A stretch of DNA of 63,782 bases, the filler included, from Octopus bimaculoides (taxonomy: Eukaryota): the NCBI RefSeq assembly GCF_001194135.2. It is 9 parts of 8 records of this genome, joined end to end, with 100 filler letters (N's around TTAATTAATTAA, not from the genome) between each part and the next. Parts side by side here need not be neighbours in the genome. Positions count along the whole stretch, not along the records: positions 62,625 to 63,782 come from NW_026381805.1; 8 more parts are not named here. The stretch is one strand, 5' to 3'. Made by a program: the position numbers and the translations under genes. How positions within the stretch are numbered: position 1 is the stretch's first letter; each line of letters begins with the position of its first letter. Shown here piece after piece: positions 63,671 through 63,782 of the stretch. The notes beneath the pieces are model-generated. The model did not search any database. It was not told where the DNA came from and was given only the letters and a program-made list of their open reading frames with translations.

Positions 63671-63782
63671 CTGACAAGCAAGTCTGTGGTATTAAGCAAA
63701 ATGTTTGCTGTGGCCCATCTTTTATACCAAGGCAAAACAATGTACATGATAACGCTTACAATCAGTTAAGATCAGAAGCAAT

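Overview
Eukaryotic, AT-rich, repeat-dominated genomic DNA. It is most likely Octopus (coleoid cephalopod); this is inferred from the SINE families, the [15 protein letters not shown] zinc-finger style and the dense (TA)n/(TG)n tracts. The window is not one verified contig: eight identical 100-bp linkers (44 N + TTAATTAATTAA + 44 N) split it into nine segments. Recognisable host coding sequence is sparse: (i) a tandem C2H2 zinc-finger array (22962-24135) with 10 intact in-frame fingers, then a +1 frameshift, two more fingers and a decayed finger; (ii) one cleanly spliced 153-bp exon of a type IV diacylglycerol kinase (DGKZ/DGKI/rdgA-like, 58300-58452); (iii) a few unidentified candidate exons. 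The rest is a transposon graveyard: tRNA-derived SINEs, RTE and Dong/R4-like LINE ends, several Penelope-like (GIY-YIG) relics, Tc1/mariner derivatives, a Helitron Rep relic, a non-autonomous Helitron, a solo LTR, foldback elements and micro/minisatellites. I found no CRISPR array, rRNA or true tRNA gene, and no clearly new multi-gene system. The best leads are: a 66-bp tandem array in an RTE 3' UTR whose consensus folds as a hairpin plus a compact H-type pseudoknot; the 3-finger higher-order periodicity and frameshift of the ZNF array; repeated foldback/long-inverted-repeat rearrangements; a Dong-like element at the (TAA)n tail of a SINE; and segment-specific CpG decay that may record gene-body methylation. 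Most repeat boundaries were read by eye and are approximate to about 10-20 bp.
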